From contig CM035353.1 of NCBI GenBank assembly GCA_020137815.1, positions 8,308,001 through 8,372,000 of the forward strand: 64,000 nt of DNA, in the 5' to 3' direction. The position numbers and the translations under genes were made by a program. Origin of the DNA: Hormiphora californensis. Taxonomy: Eukaryota > Animalia > Ctenophora. Every line of letters begins with the position of its first letter. The stretch's first letter is position 1. The notes beneath the pieces were generated by a model, which did no database searches, was not told where the DNA came from, and saw only the letters and a list, made by a program, of their open reading frames with translations. Of the stretch, positions 1 through 12,332 are shown piece after piece.

Positions 1-807
1 TAGGGAAGCTGAGAGATGGAGTAAATGGGAGGTAGGGTAGCTGAGTAGGGAAGCTGGGAGATGAAGTAAATGGGAGGTAGGGTAGCTGAGAGATGGAGTA
101 AATGGGAGGTAGGGAAGCTGAGAGATGGAGTAAATGGGAGGTAGGGAAGCTGAGAGATGGAGTAAATGGGAGGTAGGGAAGCTGAGAGATGAAGTAAATG
201 GGAGGTAGGGTAGCTGAGAGATGGAGTAAATGGGAGGTAGGGAAGCTGAGAGATGGAGTAAATGGGAGGTAGGGAAGCTGAGGGATGGAGTAAATGGGAG
301 GTAGGGAAGCTGAGAGATGGAGTAAATGGGAGATAGGGAAGCTGAGAGATGGAGTAAATGGGAGGTACGGTAGCTGAGAGATGGAGTGAATGGGAGGTAG
401 GGTAGCTGAGAGATGGAGTGAATGGGAGGTAGGGAAGCTGAGAGATGGAGTAAATGGGAGGTAGGTAAGCTGAGAGATGGAGTAAATGGGAGGTAGGGTA
501 TCTGAGAGATGGAGTAAATGGCAGGTAGGGAAGCTGAGATATGGAGTAAATGGGAGGTAGGTAAGCTGAGAGATGGAGTAAATGGGAGGTAGGGAAGCTG
601 AGAGATGGAGTAAATGGGAGGTAGGGTAGCTGAGAGATCGAGTAGATGAGGAGTAGGGTAGCTGAGAGATGGACTAGATAAGGGGTTGGGTAGTTGAAAG
701 ATGGAGTAGATGAGGGGTAGGGTAGCTGAAAGATGGAGTAGATGAGGGGTAGGGTAGCTGAGAGATCGAGTTGATGAGGGGTAGGATAGCTGAGAGATGG
801 AGTAGAT
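1..807. repeat. 32-bp minisatellite (TAGGGAAGCTGAGAGATGGAGTAAATGGGAGG)n, ~25 copies, degenerating rightwards
   Basis: Tandem units directly visible from base 1; truncated by the window edge. Confidence 0.97.
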
Positions 808-1519
808 CAAGATCAAGAAATATTTGATTCGGCACCGACCCTCTCTCTACTCCTCGATGTTTCCCGCCATGTTCTGCAGCTGCTGTGTGAGAGTTGAACG
901 CGAGCGCGTCAATAACATGACACGACATGCAACACGACATGCAACACGACATGCGAGATGCGAATTTCATTATTTTGAAGTTTTGTGGGGTTGCGATTTT
1001 TGTTTTAGGTCGGAGAGTGAAACGGCCGGTACAGTGGTAAACTAGATTAAAAACTGTACGCCTCGTTAGACGGCGATTTTTCCTATCTTGTCTGGTTCCT
1101 GAAATATGGCCCCCTAAAGAGTTGGTGTCTCAAACTGCTGAATCGGGGTCACGCGAGGAAAATGGGCATCAGTTTGCGTGTACTGCTCCGTTTTTCACGG
1201 GACTTGAACGAGGGTGACGGCAAGAGTCTCACCTATTACATGGTATCCTTACATTGTGTATTAAATCTAAAATGACTGAGCAGCATGCTTGTTAATGAAC
1301 CTTGACGTGTTTGCTTGTCTCGCAAGTGCGCTCGCGACTAGCAAACACGACATGCAGTTCACACCCTGATTACATACAATGTTCATTCATTTTGAAGAAA
1401 TCAGCAGGAAAATTTTCAGTTTGTCCTAATGTCAATTCCGAGAACGAATAACTAAATGAAAATGTCACTGTAAAAACACAGTAACATGTCACTGTACTGT
1501 AAAAACACAGTAAAATTAC

Positions 1520-3001
1520 CTGAACAAGTCTGGCACAAATGTTTGATATTTCTTTGTCTGTTAGTTTCCTCTGTTTGCTAGTCTTGGAGAGGTCCGAAAC
1601 AAATTTAGGGAGCTGTTTGACAGTCATTATACCGGTTCCTTCTTTATCCAAGCTGTCAAACACCCTGAGAGGGGAGAGGAAGTTGTCAAACACCCTAAGG
1701 AGAAGAGGGAAAGTGAAGGGGCGAGGATACTTGTTAATTTGCCCTAATTTGGGTTCCTAATTCAATCCAGGCGGGGAGGTTGGATTGAATTGAGTTGGTT
1801 GGCAACCTGTCGAAGTTTTCCTTCGTAAAGCGCTTCCTCAGTTTCAAGGCATTGTGAAACTTCTCTTCAACAGGGAATATAGACGCCATCTCATCAAGTT
1901 CTATCACTCCTGAAAACATGATCAACATGAATAATAGGGTTCCTTAAAGTTCCACTCAAATACTTCATCTCTAAAAGTAAAAGATCTCTGCCCTGCAGGT
2001 GGGGGACCCCGTTACCATTCGAATGGGTACACAATTACAAAGAATAGTACCAACTATTCAAGCAGTAGAACCTACCATTATCATCGGTGTCAAAGGTCCT
2101 GAAGAATGTATCGAGGTAGGTAACGTTGTTTAGATCCACTTTGAGAGAGTTGACCTTCATCATATCCCGCATAAAGTCTTTAGCTTCTATCATATTGGAA
2201 GAATGGTAGGTATTAGAAATTGGTTTAAATTATGAAACACACAAGTTTGAATTATGAAACAGATTATTCTTCTCATGTAATGGGGGAACCACATAATAAC
2301 AGTTGTATATACCAGTAAAATCCAGGTACCCACTAGAATCCTTATCATAGTGACACCATATCTCTAGGAAGTCTTGGCTGCTCAGCTGGGCCCCCATCTG
2401 TTGAGCCTGGATACTGTATACCAGCAGGAAGTTCTCTTCCGTGGGAATAATCTTGGACTGGGAGAGAATGGTTGATAGTGTCAGACGATTGAGAAGAAAA
2501 AGATACAGCGAGAAATAGTCTGAGAAAGGAGGGGTATAATTTGAATTAGAATTGGTAGCTTACCAATTCTTTAGCCTCTAACTTCCCATTTTGGTTGTCA
2601 TCGATCAAGGACATGATTTTACATTTGAACTTTTCATACTCGGCTTCATCAACCTCCTCCCCCAGGGTAACTTCTGTTAGATCCCTGAAATAAGTCGGGG
2701 AAGGGGGTAAGGAGGGGGTAAGTGGGTAAGGGGACAAGGGTACACTTTGGGGGTAAAGTTGGGGCTGTTTTATTTTCATACACTTCAGTACACCTCTTGG
2801 GCACAGAGTACTCAGCAGACATTAATTGATCTTCCAGTTCTCACAAACCTGAGGAATTGTTCTAATTCTGCAGTTTCTAGGAACCCGTTCTGATCTTTGT
2901 CATAATGGTCCCATAACCGTCTGAATTCTTTGCTGGTAAAGTGCTTCCTCTCATACAACTGGCACAAGATGGAGGACTTCCTGTTCAGAGACTGGGGCTT
3001 C
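1520..3001 (-). CDS. Calbindin/calretinin/secretagogin-like multi-EF-hand Ca2+-binding protein, constant exons (2849-3001, 2564-2684, 2313-2457, 2076-2186, 1807-1909, 1520-1664 or -1694); last exon uncertain
   Basis: Phase-compatible GT-AG exons encode EF-hands FRRLWDHYDKDQNGFLETAELEQFL, IDDNQNGKLEAKEL, FLEIWCHYDKDSSGYLDFTEAKDF, FDTDDNGVIELDEM and FDSLDKEGTGIMTVKQL, plus the family-typical linkers IIPTEENFLL and IFPVEEKF. Confidence 0.88.
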
Positions 3002-3563
3002 CTGGCAAGGGAGTAGAGTGTTAGGATACGATACAAAACTAATTAACTGGGAACTAAGTAATTGGTATCGTGGAAATGAGCTGAATCCAGTATCCACCCT
3101 ATATCAAGTGGAGTTATTAACTACATCCCTTGTTATACCCTTGTTATTGTACCACTATTGTACTGACAGGTGTCAGCTTGTGTTTGTTAATAAAATACAA
3201 GCTAGCATATCATAAGCATATTAACTACAATTCTATACGGAGCTGAGGGATATGTACTTTAAACAACTCGCCGATTGATGATACACGAAAATGTATCAGT
3301 ACTGTTATATATGTTTATAGAAGTTCGATGATATTGGGTAGAATGAAAATACGGGTATTTGAGGATACATTGAGGACACATTGAGGACACATTGAGGACA
3401 CATTGAGGAGTAGCTAACTGTAGATCCTAACTTTCGTTTTCAGACCTCACTCGGACCTCAATTAGACATCACTCAGACCTTACTCATCTGCCACACACGT
3501 GAGATGGATTGCAAACAAATAAACCCAGACCTAACCTATCAACTCCTCCTAAATCAGACCTAC

Positions 3564-3637
3564 CCATTGTCCTCCTGACTATGGCTTGACGCAATGATTT
3601 GAACTGACTGAACCCAAACAGCAAACTTTTTGAGCAT
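3564..3637 (-). CDS. Alternative first coding exon V1 of the EF-hand gene (MLKKFAVWVQSVQIIASSHSQEDNG)
   Basis: TTAG 5 nt before ATG, 74 nt open, phase-2 donor GG|GTAGGT. Confidence 0.65.
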
Positions 3638-4786
3638 TTTAACTAACGATTTGAAAAATAAACAAGATTTGAGATATTGATATTAGGGGTGGATCGTAAG
3701 CAGCAACTTATTCGACCAAGATTCAACCAAGACAACTTAAAAAGTAGGTTGTAAGATGAGCGATTAAACAAATTATTCTATAAACATTCGAGTGAAAGAG
3801 GACAATGCAATGATGCTAAACTTGGAGTTGGAAAATAGAAAGTAGAGGGGGAAGTAGAGAGGAGGGATAAAAAAGAGTGATAGAGGGAAAGTATAATCCA
3901 GGGAAAAGGATATCAAAGAGTGGCGAAGCGATCAAACTAAAAAAGAAGAAAGATAAAGAAAGAAAGAAAGAAAGAAAGAGATAGAGAGATAGATAGGTAA
4001 ATAGAGGGAGAAAAGACGACCAGGACGTTGTGGTAATCGCTGCAAGAGTTTGTTTGGATCGGTGTGGTGGCGTGTGGATCCTGGACACCTGCTCCCAACT
4101 TTTAGAGATGGAAGGAGAAAGAGGAGGGAGATGGAGGGAGAGAGGGAGATAGAGAGACTCTCTCTAAGAGAGAGAGTGGACAACGAACCGAATTGTGGCG
4201 CAATTAGATAAATAGTGAAGGAGAGTATCATGACTCAGATAAAAAAGAGATGGAGCTATGATAATAGAGAGACTGGAAGGCCGAAGGGAGAGGGAGGGAG
4301 GGAGGGAGGGAGAGTGAGAGAGAGATAGATCAGATAGAGATAGAGAGTCAGAGAGGGAAGAGAGACTATAGAGAGGGAAGAGAGGTAAAGGTCCAGTTTA
4401 TAATTATTATAGGTACACATCTCGGACGGGTGGTGACATGTTCTAATATACAGCTCTGGCTACTATTATCATAGCTACAGTGTAACAACAGATGTTGGTA
4501 CTACCTCATATTATATCCGATATATTATAATCTTTTTTAAACCACAAATAAAATCATTGGTATGTAAGTAAGGTCTAATGACAGATTCGGTTCATTCAAG
4601 TGAAGATTTTAAGTGACTGGTTACACATCGATTAAATCTCTCTTATATATCTCGTATGAAACTAATCTAGTCCTCGATTATAATGCACAGTGCGGGCACA
4701 GCTAGACACCCCCCCCTGTATTATTAATAGATGAGGGTTTCGCCGTTTCGGCCGAATAAAACCCGTACATTTCAGTTTTAACATAC

Positions 4787-4848
4787 CCTGAAGATTGCCG
4801 GGCTGAGCTGAGGAATTCCTGGACCACGTCCCCTGCTTCTGTTGCCAT
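4787..4848 (-). CDS. Alternative first coding exon V2 (MATEAGDVVQEFLSSARQSSG)
   Basis: ACAG 5 nt before ATG, 62 nt open, phase-2 donor GG|GTATGT. Confidence 0.7.
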
Positions 4849-4854
4849 GGTTAC
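4841..4854. promoter_or_regulatory. RFX X-box-like site GTTGCCATGGTTAC overlapping the V2 start codon
   Basis: Near-perfect match to the palindromic RFX consensus GTTGCCATGGCAAC. Confidence 0.45.
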
Positions 4855-5077
4855 TGTTATATGTGATTTACAGATTGGTACAACCTCAGTCAGTATATGT
4901 GTGACTTGCTGGGTACGGAATATATCACCCACAAATTTAAATCCAGAAAAAAAAGACCCTGCAAGCCGTTCTCGACAGAAGGAACTGTTACAAAATATGG
5001 TAAAACATACACAAGCTACCCTAACAAGCACTACTGCAGTTTAAATTTTAGCCTTGTTAGCCGTGGTGACAGCCCTA

Positions 5078-5318
5078 TACAAGCAAACCTCGATTTACCG
5101 GCACCCGATTTACCGGGACCTCGATTTACCGGGACCTCGATTTACCGGGACCTCGATTTACCGGCACCCGATTTACCGGGACCTCGATTTACCGGGACCT
5201 CGATTTACCGGACGAATAAATTTTCTCCAAGTTACGATTGTTCAACTCTAATACCGTGCACCTCAATATACCGTGTGACGTGTACCGTTCTGCTGGTCCG
5301 GTAAATCGAGGTCTGACT
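5078..5318. mobile_element. MITE with internal (ACCTCGATTTACCGGG)-type repeats; relatives at ~40696-40763, ~44110-44150 and ~45145-45170
   Basis: Terminal inverted motifs ACCTCGATTTACCGG ... CCGGTAAATCGAGGT; the same motif recurs at three other places in the window. Confidence 0.75.
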
Positions 5319-5445
5319 GCTGCTGATGCAGTATGTGCATTGTGCATGTATCATTCTAGGTTGTAGCATGACGTTCAGCTGGACCATGGGAGGTTTGTTT
5401 GTGTGTGTAGTAGTGTGTTGGTGTTGACAGAGCGATTGTAAAAGT

Positions 5446-5582
<137 letters not shown>

Positions 5583-5599
5583 ATGAAAAAATGGAAGGT

Positions 5600-6634
5600 T
5601 CCTGTCGTAGAAACGCACTGCACAATTATTAGAGACGCCCTGAGTATCAGATATAGCTACTTCGGGCCTAAAATATACCAAAAGTTCTACACAGACAGAA
5701 ACTACCCAAAACTAAGATTGTTTCTAGACGATAAGGAACAATGTGGGCCCTGGATAAATCCTCAATCCTGCAGATGAAGACATGTCCTACATAAGCACCA
5801 GGCACACTCATGTGTTAATGTCCCCATGGTAACATTACACCTCTCTGCTGCTACAATTTCTAGGCATCATTACTGCAGATGAGAGGGGCCGTGTTTTCAT
5901 GTGTCATTCCTCATCCGTGAAACTGAAGAACCCGGAAAATTGAAAGACTTTTAATTGCAAACGAAATTTCGAGACACTTCTATCTGAGCTGTAAGTTGCT
6001 GCTTCAACAAGAATAAATGGGTCATTCTCATGAAATTGACACCAAAATTTCAAACTTGTCCGATTTCGATAAAACTTATATCATCTGAAAGCACGTAATG
6101 GACTTAGTATTTCTGTATACGTGGACTTCATAATTATTGCATAATTAATATATGAGTATAAGCCGCGTACGTTACGCAACGACCGTACGTGATGAGTTAC
6201 AATGCATTTAATTAGCAATTGCTGTAAGATGACGACGTCCTATCGTAGACGTGCACAATATTAAGACCGCTCTGAGTTCGTATCTACTCCATACGTCGGG
6301 CCTACAGTTAATCACAGTCACTAACTATCGCCGAGAAACTACACCTAAACTAAGGTTTCTAGACACAAGGACAACCGCGTGCCCATATCCTGCAGATGTA
6401 CTGTCCTAATAAGCCCAACGCGGCACTTCAGTTTAATCCGTCTCAGTAACATTACACCTTCTCCGCTGTACACGTCTATGGCATCATTACTCAGATGAAG
6501 GCGAGGCATGATTAATTAGTGTCATTCCTCATCCGTGAAACTGAAGAACCCGGAAAATTGAAAGACTTTTAATTGCAAACGAAATTTCGAGACACTTCTA
6601 TCTGAGCTGTAAGTTGCTGCTTCAACAAGAATAA
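5600..6634. repeat. Local direct duplication: ~5620-6016 repeated at ~6254-6634
   Basis: The last ~115 bp (GTGTCATTCCTCATCC...CAAGAATAA) are identical; the preceding parts align only with many indels. Confidence 0.8.
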
Positions 6635-7621
6635 CTGCATTATGTTTCATAATGCTATGTTTCCCCGCCAACCTTTATTTTCATAACCATCTAATGTGAA
6701 GGCGGGACAGACATTTCCGATCATTTATGAATCACTCAAGCGGTATAGAACAAATCATTGTGTTTTAGTAGCACTAAATTGCGTGCCACATTGCGCGGCT
6801 CACATTTCCTGAAAACGTGCCATTGAAATATTTGATGCAGATGAAGGAGCAACAATTAACGTTGTCCCTCGCAACTGAGCGGGTTACGTTACAGCGTGAC
6901 ACTTCACTAGTATGTAAAATTGTCGAATTCTAAACCCCTATGCCTTTTTACAAAAGGCATCCGGGTGAATGCCTTCGGCATTCACCGGGCGGGGGAAATA
7001 AAAATAAATATCTACATTATGATAGAGGGGCAAGGGGACTAGTTCTAGGCGCTAGCTCCGTGTAAGAAGTTACCGATCTCCGCCTACACGCCTCCCCCCT
7101 CCCTAGCTCGAGGTGTGGGGGCCAGTGCAGCCTGTCAATACCAACCAATACAATCAATAATAACCGGCTGCTCAGTTAGCAAGTAAAACAAGACAGGTCA
7201 ACACAAACAATGCCGTAGCCTGCAGCAGAGTTTATCAACGTTGAATATGATGGTGTGGATTGTAAAGAAAACAAGGGGACTAATGAGCGGAACTCGGAAG
7301 ATAAATCCAAGATATTATTATTTTATGTAGCTGGGAGCGCTTTGTGAATTATTGATAGAATATATGAATCATAATTTCTTGTTCTAGTTCAGATGCTCCT
7401 GATGCTCCTGACTTCTAAGTCAGATGCTCCTGACTTCTACGAATAGTTCACTAGAAAGAAGATCAGATGTACAATTACAGAAAAAAGGAGGCAGTGAGTC
7501 AGAGAAAGAATCTAAAAATCCAACAATGACGACAGGCAGAACAGAAACGGCTGAGACCTGAGTACAATTTTGGGAACGATATCAAATCTGTCATCACAAT
7601 ATGAGATCAGAGAGGGTGAGA

Positions 7622-7626
<5 letters not shown>

Positions 7627-7675
<49 letters not shown>
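7627..7675. repeat. (GA)n microsatellite
   Basis: Direct inspection. Confidence 0.95.
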
Positions 7676-7678
<3 letters not shown>

Positions 7679-8089
7679 CGAGACAGGAAAAAGACATACA
7701 GACAGACATTACATGAGACAGATAGGTCAAAGCTTTGACACCAAGCAAGAGTGTGTTCCTGGCTATGTTGCTCATGTTTATAAGTACCAGGGTGTCAAAT
7801 TGACGCGTGTTTAGACTACTATACACATGAGCTATTATAACAGTAGCCAGAACATCAAATACTTGTGCGTCTGTGTAGGCTATAACCTGTTTAACTAATG
7901 TTGTAGAGTCCTAACACTACACAGAACAGGGAACCTTCCATCCGGGGACGGGGGATGAGGGACGGGGGATGAGGGATGGGCTTCCATCCTGTTCATATAA
8001 TCTCAATCCCACCACACAGAGATTGAAGTAGAGTATCATAGAATCTAATTCTACGTCTCTAATAGTCTAACCTATAAACAGGGTCTTAC

Positions 8090-8130
8090 CTGAGCGATAG
8101 AAGGTCCTCTGGTAGAAGATTAGCAGACAT
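8090..8130 (-). CDS. Alternative first coding exon V3 (MSANLLPEDLLSLR)
   Basis: AAAATG context, TAG 10 nt upstream, 41 nt open, strong phase-2 donor AG|GTAAGA. Confidence 0.7.
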
Positions 8131-9733
8131 TTTGTTAATTCTATATCAACAAAGTTGGTATCTTTTGTAAACACCTGGTTAACTATAGTTTGAAACAAAA
8201 ACACTCGGTGTGAGATAGATAAAAGTTGTTTCGTCACCCTTGCAAATAGATATGGGAGATGAATCAGGACTAAAATACACAGAAAAAGAGGACGCTGATC
8301 GAGGTCAACGTGTGTGCTATAGAAGCAGCTGTGCGAGTAGGCGTCGTGTAATAGCTAGTGTGTGCGGGGGGACCATTCACCAGAGAGGGGGTCATGTAGC
8401 GGTCAATGTGTACCAGCTGTACAACGTGTGTGTGTGTGATGTTGGGAATTTAGTGTGAAATATCTCACGTGTGAGAAATGCAGCACACAGTGAACATGAT
8501 AAATGAACTGATAAGGTTAACATACAAGAGATGCAAGATGTGAGAACTGTTCGATACAATGCAATGAGAGGGATCGCTGTATAATATAAACTCATTTGAG
8601 AATAGAGGCATGGGAAATTGTCATCAACTCATTATCATGGTTGGTATACCTCTCTCTCTCAGGAAACGTGTTGTATATTCATTAGACCCGTTAGATTGTA
8701 AGATCGAGTATAGGATCTGTGAAACAGCTGCTCCCTGTCATGTCCCTATAATTCACCTCTATTCAGCCTAACCACACAGCGTGACTTCTGATCTACTCAT
8801 CTCTATATAAGCAGCTACCTCTAGTTCCCCTAACTTGTGGTCTCAACGCAACAATCCCTCAATGAATACCATGAATATAGGCTTTCGGTTTTAGTATAGG
8901 CTGATTTGTGTGATAGAAAGATTCCATCGATTATACAAGGTGCCGTCTGGCGGCCAGACACTGTTTTGATCCTCACGCGAGATTGTGGTCAAATAGGGCC
9001 GCAGATAGACAAAATACTAATTTCCAACCCCCCCCCCCAGCGCGAGCGCTGGTCAACCATAGCCGAAGTTAAGATTAGACGACACGTGTAGTTTGAACCC
9101 AATCCCATCTTTCAATGACAATCTAACATATAGTATGTTAAGAGAACCTATAAGAGGGGTACAAGCACTAAAAGTAGACAAAACACGATGTAATATTGAA
9201 CTAAAGAATGATTTGTTGACTAAGTGGGGGAGGGGGTGGTCCCCGGTTAGTTCACAACAAAGAATGACCGCAAGTAGTATAGAACTAGTAGGGGATTACC
9301 ATGTATAAGGACCTGCATTTATTTAGCAGGCTCTGATCTCTATGCGAGCAATATAAAGATGCTAGTGTTTATCATTTATCAATGGCGCCTTGCTAGAGAG
9401 CTGCAGTATTTACCAGGGTATTGAAGGGCCCTCAATCAGCTCAGCCAACTAGAGATCGGTGACACACCGTGAGTATAATTATTGTTATGCTGTAATTGCA
9501 GAGAGAGAGAGAATATGAAGAGGCCGGCTCTGTACGTTGACCGTTGTCCGAGTTAATGAACAGATTTACAGATCAATTAATATTCGGTATATTATATACA
9601 GATTAGGTTCATAGTCATAATATTAGGACAGCGAATGCAGCCCTGTTATATTGAACCAACGCTAACAGTGAATATATGAGAAAATGCATGCTCTTTACTT
9701 TTACACAAGCATAGATTTAATTTATCTACTTAC

Positions 9734-9795
9734 AGGATATCGAGAAAACAACCAGAATTAGGAGTCGAGTCATCTGATGTAGATGATGTGGCCAT
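9734..9795 (-). CDS. Alternative first coding exon V4 (MATSSTSDDSTPNSGCFLDIL)
   Basis: TCTCCAG 6 nt before ATG, 62 nt open, phase-2 donor CT|GTAAGT. Confidence 0.72.
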
Positions 9796-9935
9796 GTTGA
9801 TCTGGAGATGTTAACTATAGACTGTTGTTATAGAGGAAATAAGTTAGTTCGGAAATTCTCTCGATCATCGCTCAACCGACACAATTAGTGGGCTATATTG
9901 CTATTATAATGGGCAGATTGGGAGACAGAGAGAAG

Positions 9936-10150
<215 letters not shown>

Positions 10151-11351
10151 AATATTGCAATATATCATGGCATGGAATTGGAAGGTAGTGCAGATCATAC
10201 AATGTGACTACAAACACACACACATGCATTGCATTTCTAATGGAAATTCTAGGAAAAGAAACTGAGATTAAAAGTTTCATTTTACAAACTTTCGGAACTG
10301 GCTAGTGTCTCTCAGCAAACTTGTTGATTGAGAGAATACAAGACTTCTAGTGCAGCAAAACTACAATTCAACAATCGATATGTACAGAATGTTTGAACTA
10401 AAACTGACCGGGTTGTGGGTATGATTTCAAATAAATCTGTATCAACACACGCCACACACTGGTTCACTCACATATACAGGGCTGCATGTACAGTAATTTC
10501 ATGTGGTGCAGCAATCTGATGAATAGTTTAGTAATGCTGGAAATGCTGCAAGATTGAGCTGCCTAGAGAGAAGTTACTAGACAGCTGAAATATCATCATG
10601 TGTTGCAGAGTCCAATATAGCGACTAATTTCAATGTAATGGATAAGCCAGGAAGTGGAACAGCCCTTATATCTTCAGTCTGTCCAAGGCATGGGGTTTCC
10701 AAGCCTGGTTGTGGGTCTTCCCGTACTTCCTAACATTGGTACCAATACCAAGTTGCAAAGGGTCAAGGGAAGTATAATAGAAGTGGCCAAGAAAGCTACA
10801 AAAACAAAAGATTTAGTTTCAAAAGAGTGTGAGAAGCTCGACTTTATGACATATGAAGCTTCCTATTGTGAGATGCAAGGAGCACTACTAATAGCACACA
10901 GGCTGTAGCTGGAACTGAGTTCGCAGTTCCTTCTCTCACTCTCTCAGTATCCTGCTTCATACCTCTCTGTCTCTTACTCTCTCAGTATCTCACTCTCTCT
11001 CTCCATGTATCTTTCTCGTCTTCTCTTTCTCCTTCTCTTCCTCTATCTTTCTCCCATATCTCTATTCTTTTTCATGAACTATTGGTACCCGTCACTGATT
11101 CATTTCTGCGAGAAAACAGAACTGATGAAAGGTATAGATTCCCCCTAGAAGTACTGCACAGTTCATACACACATTTTACAGCTTGCTCGACCCCTCTCTC
11201 ACCGACCCTCTCTCTCTCACCGACCCTCTCTCTCTCACCGACCCTCTCACTGCAGAACAGCACACACGTCACACAACCTACACGGACAGTGACAGCTGTT
11301 ATACTGCAGCATTGTTCGTATAGTACTACACGAGCTTGAATTATGTCTTAC

Positions 11352-11356
11352 CCCAT
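11352..11356 (-). CDS. Alternative first exon V5; coding part is only ATG GG, giving MGKPQS... after splicing
   Basis: Acceptor TTTTGCCTCCAG 39 nt upstream (11396-11397); ATGGG|GTAAGA phase-2 donor. Confidence 0.55.
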
Positions 11357-12246
11357 CCCCCCAAGTGGAAGATTAAAAGGTATGTAGAAAGTCACCTGGA
11401 GGCAAAATCAGGATATAAATTACTTTGTACTGCTAGTTCGCGTGACCGAAGGGCGAATACAATTCTATAAACACACGCTCGAGAGTACAACTAATTACTC
11501 AGTTCGATTCCACTAATGAGAGTCTACTAGATGCTGATTAGCTGCCATAATCTAGATCTTACAATGCATGCATATATCAATAAAGTAAAGTAAAGTAAAG
11601 GTAACGACGGCTAAAACTCTTTTCAAAATATATCATCACAGTTAGATAAATCCTAGTTCATCTCTAAAACTGCGTTTCAACCACCAATTTACTTGTGATA
11701 TCAGTTAATAGATATCATCTTCTCTGCAGTAAGAGCTTTATTGCACATTTTACTGTGACGTATAAGCTGTCAAGACTGTGCTTCTATCTATCTAGATAGA
11801 AGCCTGTGCTTGAGTAGTTAAAAGCTTTCAAGACATAGCACAGTGTGTAAGTTGCAAAACACAGTGTAACATATGGGGACATAACCTGCCGCGACCCCAT
11901 CTAAGCGCACCCATGTCATGGCGCCGCCATACCTAGGGTACATAACATACTTCTGTACACATCCCCATGCATCTACAGAAACAGGTAGTTAACTTCACTG
12001 TGCCACTTTAGAGTGTGCCATTGAAACCAATTGATAGTAAAAAGCCGGGGGTTATGGGATTTTAATATCCACTGCCCTATATCCACTACCCCCTAAAAGT
12101 AACCACTCCCTAAACAATTAAGTAACCACTAAGCATGAAACCAGTTTGAAATACCATGGTGGATAATGGATCTGTCTGCTGTACATCTGCTGTACATCAT
12201 GTAGACAACATATTGTACATGTAGACAACATTGTACATGTACTTAC

Positions 12247-12332
12247 CCAGGGGTGTCCTCAACTAATTCCTGGGGTTGTTGGGGTTTACCACCCATCAAG
12301 GTGACAAAGCGACCCCAAATAGAACGGAACAT
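12247..12332 (-). CDS. Alternative first coding exon V6 (MFRSIWGRFVTLMGGKPQQPQELVEDTPG)
   Basis: TTCCTCTTAG 5 nt before ATG, 86 nt open, phase-2 donor GG|GTAAGT. Confidence 0.75.

Noticed and set aside
5088-5211. CRISPR-like look of the ACCTCGATTTACCGG repeats
   Set aside because: No unique spacers, no cas genes, eukaryotic context; these are MITE internal repeats.
7074-7131. Exon-like AG...GT segment on the minus strand
   Set aside because: 58 nt, no ATG and not frame-preserving as assembled.
10472-10502. ATG...GTGAGT cassette (and a similar one near 11951-11972)
   Set aside because: Donor phase is 1 or 0, so it is out of frame with the constant exon; recorded because it shows a background of such patterns exists.
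10978-11006. Further phase-2 cassette MERESEILRE
   Set aside because: Lies in GA-rich low-complexity sequence with no pyrimidine-rich acceptor; likely chance.
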